Shown here in pieces: positions 32,762 through 35,083 of a stretch of 35,083 nucleotides of DNA. Source of the DNA: Halocafeteria seosinensis (Eukaryota). Position 1 is the first letter of the stretch. The number at the start of each line of letters is the position of its first letter. Both the position numbers and the translations under genes were made by a program. Below the pieces are notes generated by a model. The model ran no database searches, had not been told where the DNA came from, and worked only from the letters and a program-made list of their open reading frames with translations. Location: assembly GCA_001687465.1 (NCBI GenBank), contig LVLI01000365.1, positions 1 to 35,083 of the forward strand, in the 5' to 3' direction.

Positions 32762-34818
32762 ATGCTGCCTTTTGGATTTCCAGCCTCGACTGCCGCGCAG
32801 GAGTCACTGCTTGCTTTATTTATTCTGTCGGTCGTTCTAGCTCTGAGCTGGGAGTTTCCGAGGTTGGCAATTTCGGGTGTTGAAGATTTTTCGGCAGCTC
32901 CCGGCAACACTTTGGAAAGGATTTCTCGCTTGCAATATAAAGTTTCACTCGAGACACTGACGTGGCCAGTCCCTACCATGAGAATGAAAAAGCTAACACA
33001 TCGAACAGATTTAAAAGCGTCGCTGGGTTGCGCATTGCAGAGTAAGAATAATTTGTCACTCACGACGGTTATGTTCGCGTCATTGTTTTTCGGTTGCGTT
33101 CTTTTGAAGAGGTAGCAGCAACAGATTTACGACCTGCAATTCTAAACGGTGACGAATCCTGCTTTCATTATAATGCAAATGAAAACCAGTTTGAAATGAA
33201 GTGTAGTGTGTTGACTTGGGGTGATCATGGCTATACCAACCAAGACTACATCTCGTTGGATGCGAATGAGACATTTGATGGTGGTCGGCAGAATGGGAAC
33301 TTCATAGACCTGACCGGAATTACAGGTTTCGAAGGATTGTTTACTATACTGGGTAGTGTTGTATCATTTGATCAAGCTCCCTTGATTTGGGATCTTGATG
33401 TTAGGAATGGGGAAACTGCCTCGCTAGGTGGATTTATTGTCCAGTCACAGCAGAAATTCTTTATCATTGATTCATGTAGCTCATCAGGAGATATTGCTGG
33501 TAGCTCAGGTGGTGGTATATGTGGTTATCGAGGTGGTCTTGGACATGGTCAAATCAAGATATCGAATTCGTATTCGACAGGGAGAATACTGGGTAACAGA
33601 GCAGGTGGTATTGCAGGGAGTCACATAGGATTCAATCAAGGGATTGTCAATATCACGGATTGTTATTCCACTGGGACTATTGAAGGACAACAAGCCGGTG
33701 GTATTTGTGGAAATGCTGCTGGTCTTACAAATGGTCAAGTGTATATGACTCGTTCCTATTCTACAGGAGATATTATTTCTAGTGGTCAATACAGTGGTGG
33801 TATTGTGGGTCGTGCTGCTGGTCATGGCAATGGATTTATTTATATCAAGGAATGTTATAGTATGGGACAGATATCTGCAGATGATAGTGGAGGGATTAGC
33901 GGCGATGATACAGCAGAGAAAGACGGTAAAGTACATATCATAGATTGTTATACACGAGGAGATATTATTGGCACCCAAGCAGGAGGTATTACAGGATACC
34001 AGACAGGAGGGCAATCAAGCAGTTTGGCAACAGGAGACGCCTACATCACCAATACATATGCATCAGGTACGGTTATCGGGACAAAGGCTGGCGGTATTAT
34101 AGGATCAATATTAAGTGAAGCAAGTGGTACCATTCACGTAAAATACTCAGTATACAATGGCAGTGAAGGAGCAGCGTCGATCGTAGGAGTGGATGATGGA
34201 AGTAAGCTCGTCGAGACAGCCAATTCAGATAATTTAACAGATATTCAGGGACAACTGTATCAAGTGGCAGGTTGGTCTGAGGACGTATGGACTTTTGATA
34301 GAGGAGAAAGTGATGACGACGAGGAGAATCTGCTGCCAATTCTACGCTTTCAATTGGTACCACCGTCGTCCCCTACTCCTTCACCCATGTCGACGCCGTC
34401 ACCGACGACGACATGGTCGGAGACTCCTTCAAGCAGCTTTACACGCTCTGCGAGTGCCACTCCATCGTCATCGTCGTCGCACAGCCAAACAAGGACTCAA
34501 ACTGGAACGGCAAGCCCCACGCCAACTTTGACACCAACCCAAAGTTCCACTTTCACGCTGACGGCCACGAGATCGGAGAGTCCGTCAAGTACTGCAAGTG
34601 CCAGCCCAACTTGGACATCTACTAGCTCGGCTTCATTTTTCACCACTAGTTCTCCGACTATGACAGGGACGTCATCGTCGACTTCAACTCCAACACGAAG
34701 CTCTATGCCGACAACTTCTGAAACAAATAACTCTTCGGCTACGGGTAAATCAAACAAACATACTGACAAGGTCAATGCACTTCCTGCTCAAAGACCCAAA
34801 CGCACAGTGAAAGGCTGA
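32762..34818 (+). CDS. GLUG-like Gly-rich repeat surface/secreted protein with S/T/P stalk; exons 32762 (or 32600)-33041 and 33116-34818
   Basis: The 574-aa ORF has no early ATG. Donor GTAAGA at 33042 and acceptor TAG at 33115 (alternatives 33109, 33118, same frame) join it in phase 1 to the upstream ORF carrying the hydrophobic segment LLALFILSVVLALSW. The pseudogene paralogue has an AG at the equivalent position. About 6 repeats of GGIxG...I.xCYSTG.I, then an S/T/P tail. The start codon is uncertain. Confidence 0.75.
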
Positions 34819-35083
34819 AGATGTTTCGCAAAGCATTTCAAGGAACCAATCAAGAGAAATGTTGAGCCGTAGCCCAATATAGATATTGGGTGGATATTGT
34901 TTCCAGTAGCGGAACTCAAAGCGTAGTAACCTAAAACTAAGTATGTACCCAATAGTAGTGTTGACTCTTCCTACATGCAATGTGATACAAATTCATCAAG
35001 ACTGAGCCTTCCAACTTATCTGGGAAGCAGGCTTCGTTAGACTCAGTAGTTGCAGACTGTAGCGTTCAGCCCTCCCTTTATAC

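Noticed and set aside
33071..33115. Apparent frameshifted signal peptide MFASLFFGCVLL before the GLUG-like ORF
   Set aside because: Better explained as the pyrimidine-rich 3' end of intron 33042-33115; the paralogue has an acceptor at the equivalent position.
1..35083. Non-standard genetic code or non-canonical introns
   Set aside because: All intact gene models close with GT-AG introns and use TAA, TAG or TGA as normal stops.

Overview
Eukaryotic genomic DNA in the standard code with short GT-AG introns (mostly 60-95 nt). CFAP61 points to a flagellated organism; a protist, possibly a stramenopile, is inference only. In order: (1) a 5'-truncated mucin-stalk/REJ single-pass membrane protein with a degenerate GPS motif; (2) a frameshifted 3' relic of an RLE-type non-LTR retrotransposon; (3) a very large (~3360 aa) CFAP61; (4) a minus-strand pseudogene of the GLUG-like gene found at the end of the window; (5) an ankyrin + U-box gene with a myristoylation motif; (6) phosphoserine phosphatase with a transit-peptide-like N-terminus; (7-8) two head-to-head ankyrin genes; (9) a fatty acid hydroxylase/sterol desaturase family gene; (10) an intronless TPR + U-box gene; (11) a GLUG-like repeat surface protein with an S/T stalk. 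The main hidden structure, invisible in the ORF track, is that all 14 internal ankyrin repeats of the three ankyrin genes each sit on their own phase 0-0 exon (twelve of 102 nt, one of 99, one of 96). A related U-box module is attached to an ankyrin array in one gene and to a TPR array in another. This suggests a modular, shuffleable recognition-plus-ubiquitination gene set (inference).
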